Below are positions 49,378-58,107 of a stretch of DNA of 64,000 nt, one piece after another. The notes under the pieces were generated by a model. The model saw only the letters and a program-made list of their open reading frames with translations, made no database searches and was not told where the DNA came from. The position numbers were made by a program, and so were the translations under genes. Position 1 is the first letter of the stretch. Every line of letters starts with the position of its first letter. Source of the stretch: Bacillota bacterium. Its GTDB lineage: Bacteria > Bacillota > Sulfobacillia > JACIYH01. Location: NCBI GenBank assembly GCA_014360055.1, contig JACIYH010000002.1:38673-102672 (forward strand). Direction: 5' to 3'.

Positions 49378-50616
49378 TTGCGCGCGCGACCGCGCTTTGG
49401 TGTGATGGTGGTCCTGCTGGTGCTGACGCTCCCGTGCTGGCTGTGTTGGCCCCCCGGCGTGCTGCGGGCCGATGGTCCGCCGGGTGACGAAGACAGCCAG
49501 GCGGCCACCAGCGAGGAACTGGCCGAGGCTACCACCAGGGTGGACTTCCCCCTCAAATCCGAAGCAGCCGTGCTCATGGACGCGGTCACCGGACAGGTGC
49601 TTTACGCCAAAGAACCGCACAAGAAGTGGCCTCCGGCCAGCCTCACCAAGATCCTGACCCTGGCGCTGGCGTGTGAGGCTCTCGAGCAGGGCAAGGTCAA
49701 GCCTGAGGACATTGTGGTGGCCAGCGAAAACGCCTGGGAGATGGGGGGCTCGGAGATCTGGCTGGAGCCGGGCGAAGAGATGCCCCTCTCCGACCTCCTG
49801 CTGGCGGTGGCGGTGGGCTCTGCTAACGATGCCGCCGTGGCGGTGGCGGAGTACCTGGCGGGGTCAGAGGCGAAGTTCGTCGAGTGGATGAACGAGAAGG
49901 CGAGGGCCCTGGGCTGCCAGAATACCCATTTTGCGAACAGCCACGGCCTGGACGAGGAGGGCCACCTCACCACGGCCTATGACCTGGCCCTGATATCCCG
50001 GTATGCCCTCCGGTTTCCCGAGGTGGTCCGGCTTTCCTCCCTGCGGGAGGCCTGGATCAGGCAAAACACCGACAAGAAGAGCTGGCTGGTGAGCCGGAAC
50101 CGGCTGCTCGTCACCTACCCGGGTGCCACCGGGCTCAAGACCGGCCATACCTCCAAGGCCGGCTACTGCCTGGTGGGGTCCGCCAGGAAGGATGACCGGG
50201 AGTTCCTGGCCGTCATCCTGGGGGCCCCCGACCCCGCCACGCGTTTTCGGGAAGCCACGCAACTGCTCAACTACGCCTTCGCCACCTTCACCCCCGTGGT
50301 GGCGGCCCGTCAGGGGGAGGAGGTGGGGAAGGTGAAGGTGACCCGGGGGCGCGAGCGCTGGGTTCCCGCCCTGGCGGGCGCCGACCTGGCCCTCTCGGTG
50401 GAAAAGGATAAGGCCGACCGGGTGGAAAGGGTGGTGCAGCTCCAGCCCCGGGTGAATGCCCCGGTGAAGGCCGGGGACGAACTGGGCAGCATGGCCCTGC
50501 ACCTGGAAGGTCAAGAACTGGCGCGTATCCCGCTGGTGGCCGCGCGCGACGTGCAGAAGAGTACCCTGCTGGGGCTGATGGGGCAGACTATCGCCCGTTT
50601 CTTCTCGCTCCGATAA
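49378..50616 (+). CDS. dacF: D-alanyl-D-alanine carboxypeptidase (DacF/DacB-like, S11)
   Basis: Signal peptide then SLTKILTLALA (SxxK); TTG 49378 after GGAGGTGGTG; ATG 49405 is an alternative start; position upstream of spoIIA as in Bacillus. Confidence 0.88.
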   Translation: MRARPRFGVMVVLLVLTLPCWLCWPPGVLRADGPPGDEDSQAATSEELAEATTRVDFPLKSEAAVLMDAVTGQVLYAKEPHKKWPPASLTKILTLALACEALEQGKVKPEDIVVASENAWEMGGSEIWLEPGEEMPLSDLLLAVAVGSANDAAVAVAEYLAGSEAKFVEWMNEKARALGCQNTHFANSHGLDEEGHLTTAYDLALISRYALRFPEVVRLSSLREAWIRQNTDKKSWLVSRNRLLVTYPGATGLKTGHTSKAGYCLVGSARKDDREFLAVILGAPDPATRFREATQLLNYAFATFTPVVAARQGEEVGKVKVTRGRERWVPALAGADLALSVEKDKADRVERVVQLQPRVNAPVKAGDELGSMALHLEGQELARIPLVAARDVQKSTLLGLMGQTIARFFSLR

Positions 50617-50641
50617 CACCCCAGAGAGGGGCGGTTTCCCT

Positions 50642-50668
50642 GGCCCGGGTCCGGCCCGGGCCTTTTTT
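50642..50668 (+). terminator. rho-independent terminator after dacF
   Basis: GGCCCGGG tccgg CCCGGGCC followed by TTTTTT. Confidence 0.85.
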
Positions 50669-50697
50669 CGTCTGCCGCCCGGGGGGAGGCAGGCACT

Positions 50698-51489
50698 TTG
50701 GATGTGACCACAGGGTTGGGCATGGTGGTGGCCGTTGCTGCGCTGATCGTCTCGGTCTTCATGGAAGGAGGTCACCTGAGTTCTCTCTTCAACCCGTCGG
50801 CGCTGGTCATCATCCTGGGTGGTACCCTGGGAGCCACGGTCATGTCGTATTCCCCCGGGGAACTGGCCCGCGTGCCCTCCCTTCTGGCGGCCGCCTTCTT
50901 CGGACGCGACCCTCCCATGGCGGAGGTGATCGATACCCTGGTGGGATATGCCGAGAAGGCCAGGCGCGAGGGCCTTCTGGTCCTGCAGGAGTACGTGCAC
51001 GAGGGCGACGACCCCTTCCTGGTGCGGGGGCTGAACCTGGTGATCGATGGCGCCGACCCCGAGGCGGTGCGCAGCATCCTTGAGACTGACTTAGCCGTCA
51101 AGGAGAAGGAGTACCAGACCGAGGCCGGCATCTTCGAAACGGCGGGGGGGTACGCCCCCACCATGGGCATCATCGGCACGGTCATGGGCCTGGTGCACGT
51201 GCTGGGGAACCTGCAGGACACCTCCCGCCTGGGCCCGGCCATCGCGGTGGCGTTCCTGGCCACCTTCTACGGCATCGCCTCCGCGAACCTGATCTGGTTG
51301 CCCATCGCCGCCAAGCTCAAGCTTAGGGCGCGGAAGATGGTGGCCCAGAAGGAACTCATGCTGGAGGGCATCCTCTCCATCCAGGCGGGCGAGAATCCGC
51401 GCATGGTGAGGGAGAAGCTGGAGGTGTTCTGGCGCAAGGTGGCCCGGGAGGCACGCACCCGTGCCGTGCAGGGGGAGGAAGCAGCTTGA
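50698..51489 (+). CDS. motA: MotA/TolQ/ExbB-family proton channel (flagellar stator MotA-like)
   Basis: 263 aa; four TM segments; conserved C-terminal TM pair; TTG start after GGGGGGAGG. Confidence 0.85.
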   Translation: MDVTTGLGMVVAVAALIVSVFMEGGHLSSLFNPSALVIILGGTLGATVMSYSPGELARVPSLLAAAFFGRDPPMAEVIDTLVGYAEKARREGLLVLQEYVHEGDDPFLVRGLNLVIDGADPEAVRSILETDLAVKEKEYQTEAGIFETAGGYAPTMGIIGTVMGLVHVLGNLQDTSRLGPAIAVAFLATFYGIASANLIWLPIAAKLKLRARKMVAQKELMLEGILSIQAGENPRMVREKLEVFWRKVAREARTRAVQGEEAA

Positions 51490-52238
51490 GGCGACCCCGG
51501 CGCCCGGCAGGGGAGGGGGAGGGTGGGGGACACGATGCCACCGGGATGATGCGGTGGCTGCTGACCTATGCCGACCTGATCACCCTGCTCATGGCCTTCT
51601 TCATCGTCATGTATGCCATGTCCAGCGTGGACGTGGGCAAGTACCGCTCCCTGGCCCATTCCCTGCGGGGGGCCCTGGCCGGTAACTCCTTCGTGGAGTT
51701 GCCCCTGCAGGGAACCGCCGCCGAACCCTATTCCCTGGAGACGGTGGGCCGGGAGGTGGCAGGCGCACTGGCGGAGATGGGCCTCGAGGGGCAGGGCGCC
51801 GTGTTCCGCACCGAGCGCGGGGTGGTGATCAGCCTGTACGGGGCGGTGCTCTTCGACCTGGGCAAGGCCGACATCCGGCCGGACGCCCTCCCCGTCCTCG
51901 ATCGGGTGGCGGAGGCGCTGGCGCGCGTGCCCAACTACGTGAGCGTGGAGGGGTCGACCGACGACCTGCCCATCAATTCCCTGCTCTTCCCCACCAACTG
52001 GGAACTGTCAGTGCGACGGGCCACCACCGTGGTGCGTTACTTCGTGGAACGCCACGGCCTGGAACCCAGGCGCTTTCTGGCGGTGGGTTACGGGGAGTAT
52101 CAACCCATGTTTCCCAACGACTCGGAGGCCAACCGGGCCCGCAACCGCCGGGTGGATATCGTGCTGCTCGCCCGCTCCCCCTTTCCCCGCACCCGGCCCG
52201 AACCCATCTCGCCCCCTGCGCCGGACAAAGTCCCCTAG
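51486..52238 (+). CDS. motB: MotB/OmpA-family stator protein
   Basis: TM ...LLTYADLITLLMAFFIVMYAM then OmpA-like domain (NRRVDIVLL); the start may be ATG 51546 rather than TTG 51486. Confidence 0.85.
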   Translation: MRRPRRPAGEGEGGGHDATGMMRWLLTYADLITLLMAFFIVMYAMSSVDVGKYRSLAHSLRGALAGNSFVELPLQGTAAEPYSLETVGREVAGALAEMGLEGQGAVFRTERGVVISLYGAVLFDLGKADIRPDALPVLDRVAEALARVPNYVSVEGSTDDLPINSLLFPTNWELSVRRATTVVRYFVERHGLEPRRFLAVGYGEYQPMFPNDSEANRARNRRVDIVLLARSPFPRTRPEPISPPAPDKVP

Positions 52239-52239
52239 C

Positions 52240-52266
52240 AGGAAAAACCTTCCGGAAAGAGAACAT
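52240..52266 (+). promoter_or_regulatory. candidate sigma-H-type promoter for spoIIAA-spoIIAB-sigF (AGGAAAA-N17-GAACAT) at the 3' edge of motB
   Basis: Same spacing as the B. subtilis spoVG sigma-H promoter (AGGATTT-N-GAAT); the spoIIA operon is sigma-H-dependent in Bacillus. Confidence 0.3.
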
Positions 52267-52292
52267 CCCCCGTTCGGGGGGATTTTTCTTTT
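52265..52292 (+). terminator. hairpin plus T-tract after motB, which could instead be a 5'-UTR structure of spoIIAA
   Basis: ATCCCCC gttc GGGGGGAT followed by TTTTTCTTTT; the TTG 52291 start of spoIIAA lies inside the T-tract. Confidence 0.6.
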
Positions 52293-52668
52293 GTCCGTAA
52301 CGGGCTTGCAGGTCGAGCAGGAACTGGTGGGGGAGGTCCTGATCCTGAGATTGTCCGGTGAGCTGGACGTTTACACCGCAGCGACCCTGCGCGAGAAGGC
52401 CGATGCGGCCCTGCGCAGCAGCGGGGCGCGTGCAGTGGTGCTGGCCTGCCGTCACCTGGCTTTCCTCGACAGCACCGGCCTGGGGGTGATCCTGGGCCGC
52501 TTCCGCTGGCTGCAGGAACGGGGAGGGCGCATGGCGCTGGCGGGAGCCACCGGCCGCGTGCGCACCGTGCTGGAAGTGTCCGGGGTGTCTCGACTCATCC
52601 CCGTGTTCGATTCCGAGCGCAAGGCGGTGGCGGCCCTGGGCGGGCAAGCGGGACGGGAGGTGGGGTAA
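52291..52668 (+). CDS. spoIIAA: anti-sigma-F factor antagonist SpoIIAA (STAS domain)
   Basis: ...LDSTGLGVILGRF... phosphorylatable Ser region; the start could be TTG 52291 or TTG 52306. Confidence 0.88.
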   Translation: MSVTGLQVEQELVGEVLILRLSGELDVYTAATLREKADAALRSSGARAVVLACRHLAFLDSTGLGVILGRFRWLQERGGRMALAGATGRVRTVLEVSGVSRLIPVFDSERKAVAALGGQAGREVG

Positions 52669-53094
52669 ATGGAGGGCAACTACCTGCACCTGGAGTTCCC
52701 CTCCCTGCCGCCCAACGTGGGGGTGGTACGGGTGGCGGTGGCCTCCTTCGCCGCCCAGCTGGGCTTCACGTGGGCGGAACTGGAGGAACTGAAGGTGGCG
52801 GTCTCCGAGGCGGTCACCAATGCCGTGGTCCACGCCTATCCCCGCGACCCCGGTCGGGTGCGGGTACGGGTACGCCTGGACGGGGGAGCCCTGGTGGTCG
52901 AGGTGGAGGACGAGGGGGTGGGGATCGCTGACGTGGAGCGTGCCCGCGAGACCAGCTTCACCACCGACCCCGAGCGCATGGGCCTGGGTTTCACCTTCAT
53001 GGAATCCTTTACGGACCATGTGGAGGTATGGTCCGAGCCCGGGCGGGGGACGAGGGTCACTCTCGTCAAGCGCCCCAGCACATCCCGGGAGTGA
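52669..53094 (+). CDS. spoIIAB: anti-sigma-F factor SpoIIAB (serine kinase, GHKL ATPase)
   Basis: 141 aa; N-box AVSEAVTNAVVHAY; G-box region DEGVGI. Confidence 0.92.
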   Translation: MEGNYLHLEFPSLPPNVGVVRVAVASFAAQLGFTWAELEELKVAVSEAVTNAVVHAYPRDPGRVRVRVRLDGGALVVEVEDEGVGIADVERARETSFTTDPERMGLGFTFMESFTDHVEVWSEPGRGTRVTLVKRPSTSRE

Positions 53095-53103
53095 GGCGCG
53101 GCC

Positions 53104-53844
53104 GTGCCGGGCGAAGACGCTGCCGGCCTCGAGAGGCACTTTCCCCTGGTGTGGTCGCTGGTGAACCGCCTGGGGATCAGTGGACCTGACCGTGAGGAGT
53201 TTTTCGCGGCCGGTTGCCTGGGCCTGGTGAAGGCGTGGAAGCGGTACGACCCCCAACTGGGTACCGCCTTTTCTACCTACGCGGTACCGGTCATCCTGGG
53301 GGAGTTGCGCCGCCAGCTGCACCGGTCGCGGGGGGTGAAGGTGCCGCGCCCGGCCCGCGACCTGGCCCTGCGGGCGCGGGAGGTACGTATCCGCCTGGCC
53401 CAGGAAAGGGGTGCCGAACCCACCCTGGCCGAAGTGGCCGCGGCCCTGGGCGTAGGGGTGGCCGACCTGGTGGCGGCTGAGGAAGCCTGCCTGCCCCCCC
53501 GATCCCTGGAGGCGGAGCCTTTCACCGCGGTGGCCGCGGCCACGCGGGACCCGGCCTCGGAGGAGGGCCTCGAACTCGGCCTGGCCCTGGGGCAACTGGA
53601 GCCCCGCGAGCGCGCCATCATCCGGGGGCGTTACTTCGAGGACCTCACCCAGCAGGAGGTGGCTGCGCGCCTCGGTATTTCCCAGTCACAGGTTTCGCGG
53701 CTCGAGCAGAAAGCCCTCGATCGCCTGCGCGAGCTTTTGGGAGGGCATACTCCTGGGCGGCTGCGAGACAAACTAGTAGCCGCAAAGGAGGGCGAGAAAC
53801 ATGCCGGTGGTGAAGGTGCTCGAGCTGGTGGGAAGTTCCCCTAA
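53104..53844 (+). CDS. sigF: RNA polymerase sporulation sigma factor sigma-F
   Basis: 246 aa; region 2 (FSTYAVPVILGELRR) and region 4 HTH (TQQEVAARLGISQSQVSRLEQKAL). Confidence 0.92.
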   Translation: MPGEDAAGLERHFPLVWSLVNRLGISGPDREEFFAAGCLGLVKAWKRYDPQLGTAFSTYAVPVILGELRRQLHRSRGVKVPRPARDLALRAREVRIRLAQERGAEPTLAEVAAALGVGVADLVAAEEACLPPRSLEAEPFTAVAAATRDPASEEGLELGLALGQLEPRERAIIRGRYFEDLTQQEVAARLGISQSQVSRLEQKALDRLRELLGGHTPGRLRDKLVAAKEGEKHAGGEGARAGGKFP

Positions 53845-54031
53845 CAGCTTCCAGGAGGCGGTGCAGAACGCGGTGACGGAAGCTGCCCGCACGGTGGACA
53901 ACATCACCGGGGTCGAGGTGGTCAACTGGACCGCGGAGGTGCAGGGACAGCAGTTGAGCGAGTTCCGCGCCAACGTGAAGGTGGCATTCGTGGTCGACAA
54001 CCAAAAGCGGAAGACGCGGCCGGGGGCCTGA
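53801..54031 (+). CDS. dodecin-family flavin-binding protein
   Basis: 76 aa; MPVVKVLELVGSSPNSFQEAVQNAVTEAARTV...EFRANVKVAF; AAGGAGGG RBS; overlaps the sigF 3' end by 44 nt. Confidence 0.75.
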   Translation: MPVVKVLELVGSSPNSFQEAVQNAVTEAARTVDNITGVEVVNWTAEVQGQQLSEFRANVKVAFVVDNQKRKTRPGA

Positions 54032-54034
54032 GAT

Positions 54035-54490
54035 ATGGCGCCGGCCCGGACTCCTCAGGAGGCTTACCAGCAGACGGCGCGGGCCATGCAACCGCGCCGT
54101 CCCATCCTCAAGAACACGGTACTCGCCTTCCTGGTGGGAGGTCTTATCTGCGCCCTGGCCCAGCTCTTCCTGTCCTACCTCCTGGGGCGCGGTGTACCCC
54201 AGAAGGAGGCGCTGGCGGTCACCTCGGGCTTCATGGTTTTCTGGGGTGCTTTCCTTACCGGGCTGGGGGTGTATGATAACATCGGCCGGGTGGGCGGGAT
54301 GGGTGCGGCCCTCCCCATCACCGGATTTGCCAACTCCATGGTCTCGCCGGCCATAGAGTACAAGCGGGAGGGGTACGTCCTGGGAGTGGGCGCCAAGCTG
54401 TTTACGGTGGCCGGTCCCGTCATCGTGTACGGCCTGGTATCGGCCGTGCTGGTGGTACTGGCCCGGTGGTTGCTTACCGGACGCCCCTGA
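54035..54490 (+). CDS. spoVAC: stage V sporulation protein AC
   Basis: 151 aa membrane protein; family match. Confidence 0.9.
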   Translation: MAPARTPQEAYQQTARAMQPRRPILKNTVLAFLVGGLICALAQLFLSYLLGRGVPQKEALAVTSGFMVFWGAFLTGLGVYDNIGRVGGMGAALPITGFANSMVSPAIEYKREGYVLGVGAKLFTVAGPVIVYGLVSAVLVVLARWLLTGRP

Positions 54491-54526
54491 GGCAGGCATG
54501 GGAGCTTCAGTGAGGAGGATGGTCCA

Positions 54527-55540
54527 TTGCCCAAGCGGCTGGGACAGCAGACGGTGGCCTTTTCGCGGCCTCCCGTCCTCTTGAGCACGGCCAGCGTGGT
54601 GGGCCCCGAAGAGGGCAAAGGCCCCCTGGGCCAGTACTTCGACGTGGTGAAGCAGGACCGCCTGCTCGGACAGAAGTCCTGGGAACTGGCCGAGGAGATG
54701 CTATGCGAAGAGGCCTGCGACCTGGCCATCAAGAAGGTGGGGCTCACCCCCCAGCAGGTGGACTTCTTCCTGGCCGGCGACCTGCTCAACCAGATTATCA
54801 CCGCCAATTTCTCCGCCCGCACCCTGGGTGTTCCCTTCCTGGGACTGTTCGGGGCGTGTTCCACCCTGGCGGAAGGACTTGCCCTGGGCGGGATGCTGCT
54901 CGACGGCGGTTTTGCCAGCACCGTGCTGACCGCCTGCGCCAGTCACCACGACACGGCGGAGAGGCAGTACCGCTACCCCACCGAACTGGGCGTGCAACGG
55001 CCTCCCACCGCCCAGTGGACGGTGACGGGTGCGGGTGCCGTGCTCATGGGGTTATCCGGCCCGGGCCCCGTCCTGACCCATGCCACGGTGGGTAAGGTCA
55101 TATCCATGGGGCTGAAGGATCCCGCCGACCTGGGGTCGGCCATGGCGCCCGCAGCGGCGGAAACCATCTGGCAGCACCTGCAGGACACCGGTCGCCTGCC
55201 CACCGACTACGACCTCATCGCCACCGGGGACCTGGGGGCGGTGGGTCACCCCATCTGCCGCCGCCTGCTGGCCGACCGGGGGCTGGCACTGGGGGAGAAC
55301 TTCACCGATTGTGGGTTGCTCATATACGACCGCAACCGGCAAAACGTGGACGCGGGTGGGTCCGGGTGCGGATGCTCCGCGGTGGTGTTCGCCTCTTACC
55401 TGGTGCCCCGCCTGATAGCGGGGGAAATCAGGAGGCTGCTGCTGGTTCCCACCGGGGCGCTGTTCAGTCCCACCTCGTGGAAGCAGGGACAGGACATACC
55501 TGCCGTTGCCCACGCCGTGGTGGTGGAAACTCCCGCCTGA
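54527..55540 (+). CDS. spoVAD: stage V sporulation protein AD (thiolase-fold DPA-binding protein)
   Basis: 337 aa; TTG start. Confidence 0.9.
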   Translation: MPKRLGQQTVAFSRPPVLLSTASVVGPEEGKGPLGQYFDVVKQDRLLGQKSWELAEEMLCEEACDLAIKKVGLTPQQVDFFLAGDLLNQIITANFSARTLGVPFLGLFGACSTLAEGLALGGMLLDGGFASTVLTACASHHDTAERQYRYPTELGVQRPPTAQWTVTGAGAVLMGLSGPGPVLTHATVGKVISMGLKDPADLGSAMAPAAAETIWQHLQDTGRLPTDYDLIATGDLGAVGHPICRRLLADRGLALGENFTDCGLLIYDRNRQNVDAGGSGCGCSAVVFASYLVPRLIAGEIRRLLLVPTGALFSPTSWKQGQDIPAVAHAVVVETPA

Positions 55541-55623
55541 CCACCAGGGTTCCGGGCCCTCGGTGTCAAACACGCTGTTATGGGAACGGGCGACCTCCCT
55601 CATATTGAGGCGCCCTGGACTAC

Positions 55624-55652
55624 TTGACATCGTAGCAGTTCCTATGTAGTAT
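55624..55652 (+). promoter_or_regulatory. sigma-A-type promoter upstream of the fur/perR-like gene (TTGACA-N17-TAGTAT)
   Basis: Seen directly in the sequence; RBS GAGGGGG 7 nt before ATG 55675. Confidence 0.5.
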
Positions 55653-55674
55653 TGGTTCCGAGGGGGTTAACCTC

Positions 55675-56139
55675 ATGAAGCGTGCGGCAGGGGCGGAACA
55701 CGAGATCCTGCGGTCGGCGGGCCTGCGGGTGACCCCGCAGCGGGTGGCCATCCTGAAGCTGCTGCGGGGCACCCGAGCCCACCCCAGCCCGGAGATGGTG
55801 TACCGGGAACTGAAACCCGCTTACCCGGGGCTCAGTCTCAACACGGTGTACCAGACCCTGCACGCCCTGGAGAAGGCGGGGGTACTCCGGCGCATCAGCA
55901 TGGAGGAGAACGTCTACCGCTTCGACGCCAACGTGGCACCCCACGTGCACCTGGTGTGCCGTGGATGCGGGCGGGTGGACGACTGCAACGGCGACCTGGA
56001 ACCCCTCCTGGAACACCTGGGCCGGGAGGTGGCTGCCCGTTGCGCCTGGGATATCCGGGCCCAGGACTCCTGTTTCTACGGTTACTGCCCCGGCTGCCGC
56101 AGCGAGGGTAAACCCCCCAAACCACGAGAGGAGGTTTGA
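55675..56139 (+). CDS. Fur-family metalloregulator (PerR/Fur-like)
   Basis: 154 aa; HTH ...VTPQRVAILKLL...; C-terminal CxxC...CxxC (CRGCG, CPGC). Confidence 0.9.
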   Translation: MKRAAGAEHEILRSAGLRVTPQRVAILKLLRGTRAHPSPEMVYRELKPAYPGLSLNTVYQTLHALEKAGVLRRISMEENVYRFDANVAPHVHLVCRGCGRVDDCNGDLEPLLEHLGREVAARCAWDIRAQDSCFYGYCPGCRSEGKPPKPREEV

Positions 56140-56142
56140 CCC

Positions 56143-56568
56143 GTGGACCTGATCAACGAGGTGAAGCTGGGGGTAGCCCGGGGTACGGCGGTGGAGGAGG
56201 CAGTGCGGCACAACTTCCGGGGAGAGACCACGGAGGTGGGGCTCTACCTGGCCATGGCCCGCCAGGCCTACCGGGAGGGCTATCCGGAAGTGGGGGAAGT
56301 GCTGGTGCGCATTGCCCGGGAGGAGGCCTGGCACGCAGCCGGCTACGCGGAACTGGCGGGCATGATTTCGGAGTCCACCGCCGAGAACGTCAAGAAGATG
56401 CTGGCCGGCGAGCAGGCCGCCAATCGCGGCAAGCGGGAGGCGGCGGTGAAGGCGAAGGAAGCGGGCGTGGATCCCGCCCACGACTTCTTCGACGAGACCT
56501 CTCGGGACGAGGGCCGTCACGCGCGGGCCCTGAAGGGGCTTCTGGACCGCTACTTCCCCAGCGCCTGA
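56143..56568 (+). CDS. rubrerythrin-family ferritin-like diiron protein (no rubredoxin domain)
   Basis: 141 aa; E...ExxH diiron motifs (EVGLYLAMARQ, EEAWHAAGY, DEGRHARAL). Confidence 0.85.
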   Translation: MDLINEVKLGVARGTAVEEAVRHNFRGETTEVGLYLAMARQAYREGYPEVGEVLVRIAREEAWHAAGYAELAGMISESTAENVKKMLAGEQAANRGKREAAVKAKEAGVDPAHDFFDETSRDEGRHARALKGLLDRYFPSA

Positions 56569-56579
56569 TGTCCCCACGG

Positions 56580-56606
56580 TAGGGGGTCCGCCTGTCGCAC
56601 CCCCTA
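56580..56606. terminator. hairpin between the convergent rubrerythrin and cPGS-like genes
   Basis: TAGGGGGT ccgcctgtcgc ACCCCCTA. Confidence 0.45.
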
Positions 56607-57956
56607 CCTTTTGGCGCCCAGGGGGGTGCCGGCGAGGTGCGCCTCCACGAAGGCCCGCACCACGTCCCCCAGGTCCGGCCTGCCTATCTCCTGTAGTTCG
56701 TACCGTACCCGCAGGGAGGGCTTGTCGATGGTCACCAGCCGCCCCAGGTCGATGGGGGTGGCCACCACCACCAGGTCGGCCGGGGTAGCGTTGATGGTCG
56801 CCTCCAGTTCGTGCACCTGCTGAGGGCTGTAGCCCATGGCGGGCAACACCCGCTCCAGGTGCGGATACCGGCGGTACACCTCGCGGATGCTGCCTTCCGC
56901 ATAGGGCCGCGGGTCGACCAGTTCTGCCGCCCCCCACCGCCGCGCGGCCAGCGTGCCCGCCCCGTAGGGCATCTCGCCGTGGGTCACCGTGGGCCCGTCC
57001 TCGACCACCAGCACGCGGCGACCGCGCACCCGGGCGGAATCCTCGGCAAAGATGGGGGAGGCGGCCTCGATGATGAGGGCGTCGGGGTTGAGGCTGGCCA
57101 CGTTGTCCCGCACCGCCAGCACGTCCTCGGGGCGGGCGGTATCAACCTTGTTGATCACCACCGCGTGCGCCCGGCGCACGTTGGTCTCCCCCGGATGGTA
57201 GGAGATCTCGTGGCCGGCGCGGTGGGGATCCACCACACACACCAGGTAGTCCGGGTAGAAGAAGGGGAGGTCGTTGTTGCCCCCGTCCCAGAGGACAACG
57301 TCGGCTTCTTCCTCGGCCGCCTGCAGGATGCGCCCGTAGTCGGCACCAGCGTATACGATGGCGCCCCGGTCCAGGTGAGGCTCGTACTCTTCCCTCTCCT
57401 CGATGGTGCAACCCTGCTCGTCCAGGTCGCGGTAGGAAGCGAAACGCTGGCACACCTGCCGGCGCAGGTCACCATAGGGCATGGGGTGACGGACCACCAC
57501 CACCCGGTAGCCGGCCTCCCGCAGCAGGCCGACGAGGCGGCGGGAGGTCTGACTCTTGCCGGAGCCCGTGCGGGCAGCCACCACCGCCAGCACGGGACGC
57601 CGGCTGCGCAGCATGGTGCGGTCCGGCCCCAGCAGCCAGAAGTCGGCCCCGCAGGCCAGTACCAGCGAGGCCCGGTGCATCACGTACTGGTGACTGACGT
57701 CGCTGTACGAGAACACCACAGCGTCGGCCGCCAGTTCCCTGATGAGACGGGGGAGTTCGTCCTCGGGATAGATGGGGATGCCCTCGGGGTACAGTTCCCC
57801 CGCCAGTTCGGGCGGATAAGTACGGTTGGCGATGTCGGGAATCTGGGTGGCGGTGAACGCCACCACGCGATAGCGGGGGTCGCGGCGGAAGACGGTGTTG
57901 AAATCGTGGAAGTCGCGACCCGCTGCCCCCATGATGATGACCCTGGTCGGTGGCAC
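56604..57956 (-). CDS. cyclic 2,3-diphosphoglycerate synthetase (cPGS)-like P-loop protein
   Basis: Minus-strand ORF trimmed to GTG 57956 (RBS GGGAGGGAG); VIIMGAAGRDFHDFN..., Walker A AARTGSGKSQT, CTIEEREEYEPH, WDGGNND all match the cPGS family pattern; the only credible minus-strand gene in the window. Confidence 0.7.
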   Translation of the reverse strand: MPPTRVIIMGAAGRDFHDFNTVFRRDPRYRVVAFTATQIPDIANRTYPPELAGELYPEGIPIYPEDELPRLIRELAADAVVFSYSDVSHQYVMHRASLVLACGADFWLLGPDRTMLRSRRPVLAVVAARTGSGKSQTSRRLVGLLREAGYRVVVVRHPMPYGDLRRQVCQRFASYRDLDEQGCTIEEREEYEPHLDRGAIVYAGADYGRILQAAEEEADVVLWDGGNNDLPFFYPDYLVCVVDPHRAGHEISYHPGETNVRRAHAVVINKVDTARPEDVLAVRDNVASLNPDALIIEAASPIFAEDSARVRGRRVLVVEDGPTVTHGEMPYGAGTLAARRWGAAELVDPRPYAEGSIREVYRRYPHLERVLPAMGYSPQQVHELEATINATPADLVVVATPIDLGRLVTIDKPSLRVRYELQEIGRPDLGDVVRAFVEAHLAGTPLGAKR

Positions 57957-58107
57957 GCTTTCTCCCTCCCTAGACTTTATGCAACACTGTATATGCACTG
58001 CCCGTATGATTCTCCCGTTCCCTCCCTGTTTCCTTCTGCACGGCAGGGCGGTCACGCATAGGGAAGGGGAAGGGCGCGGAGAATAGCGCGCGGAGGGAAG
58101 ACGGCAC

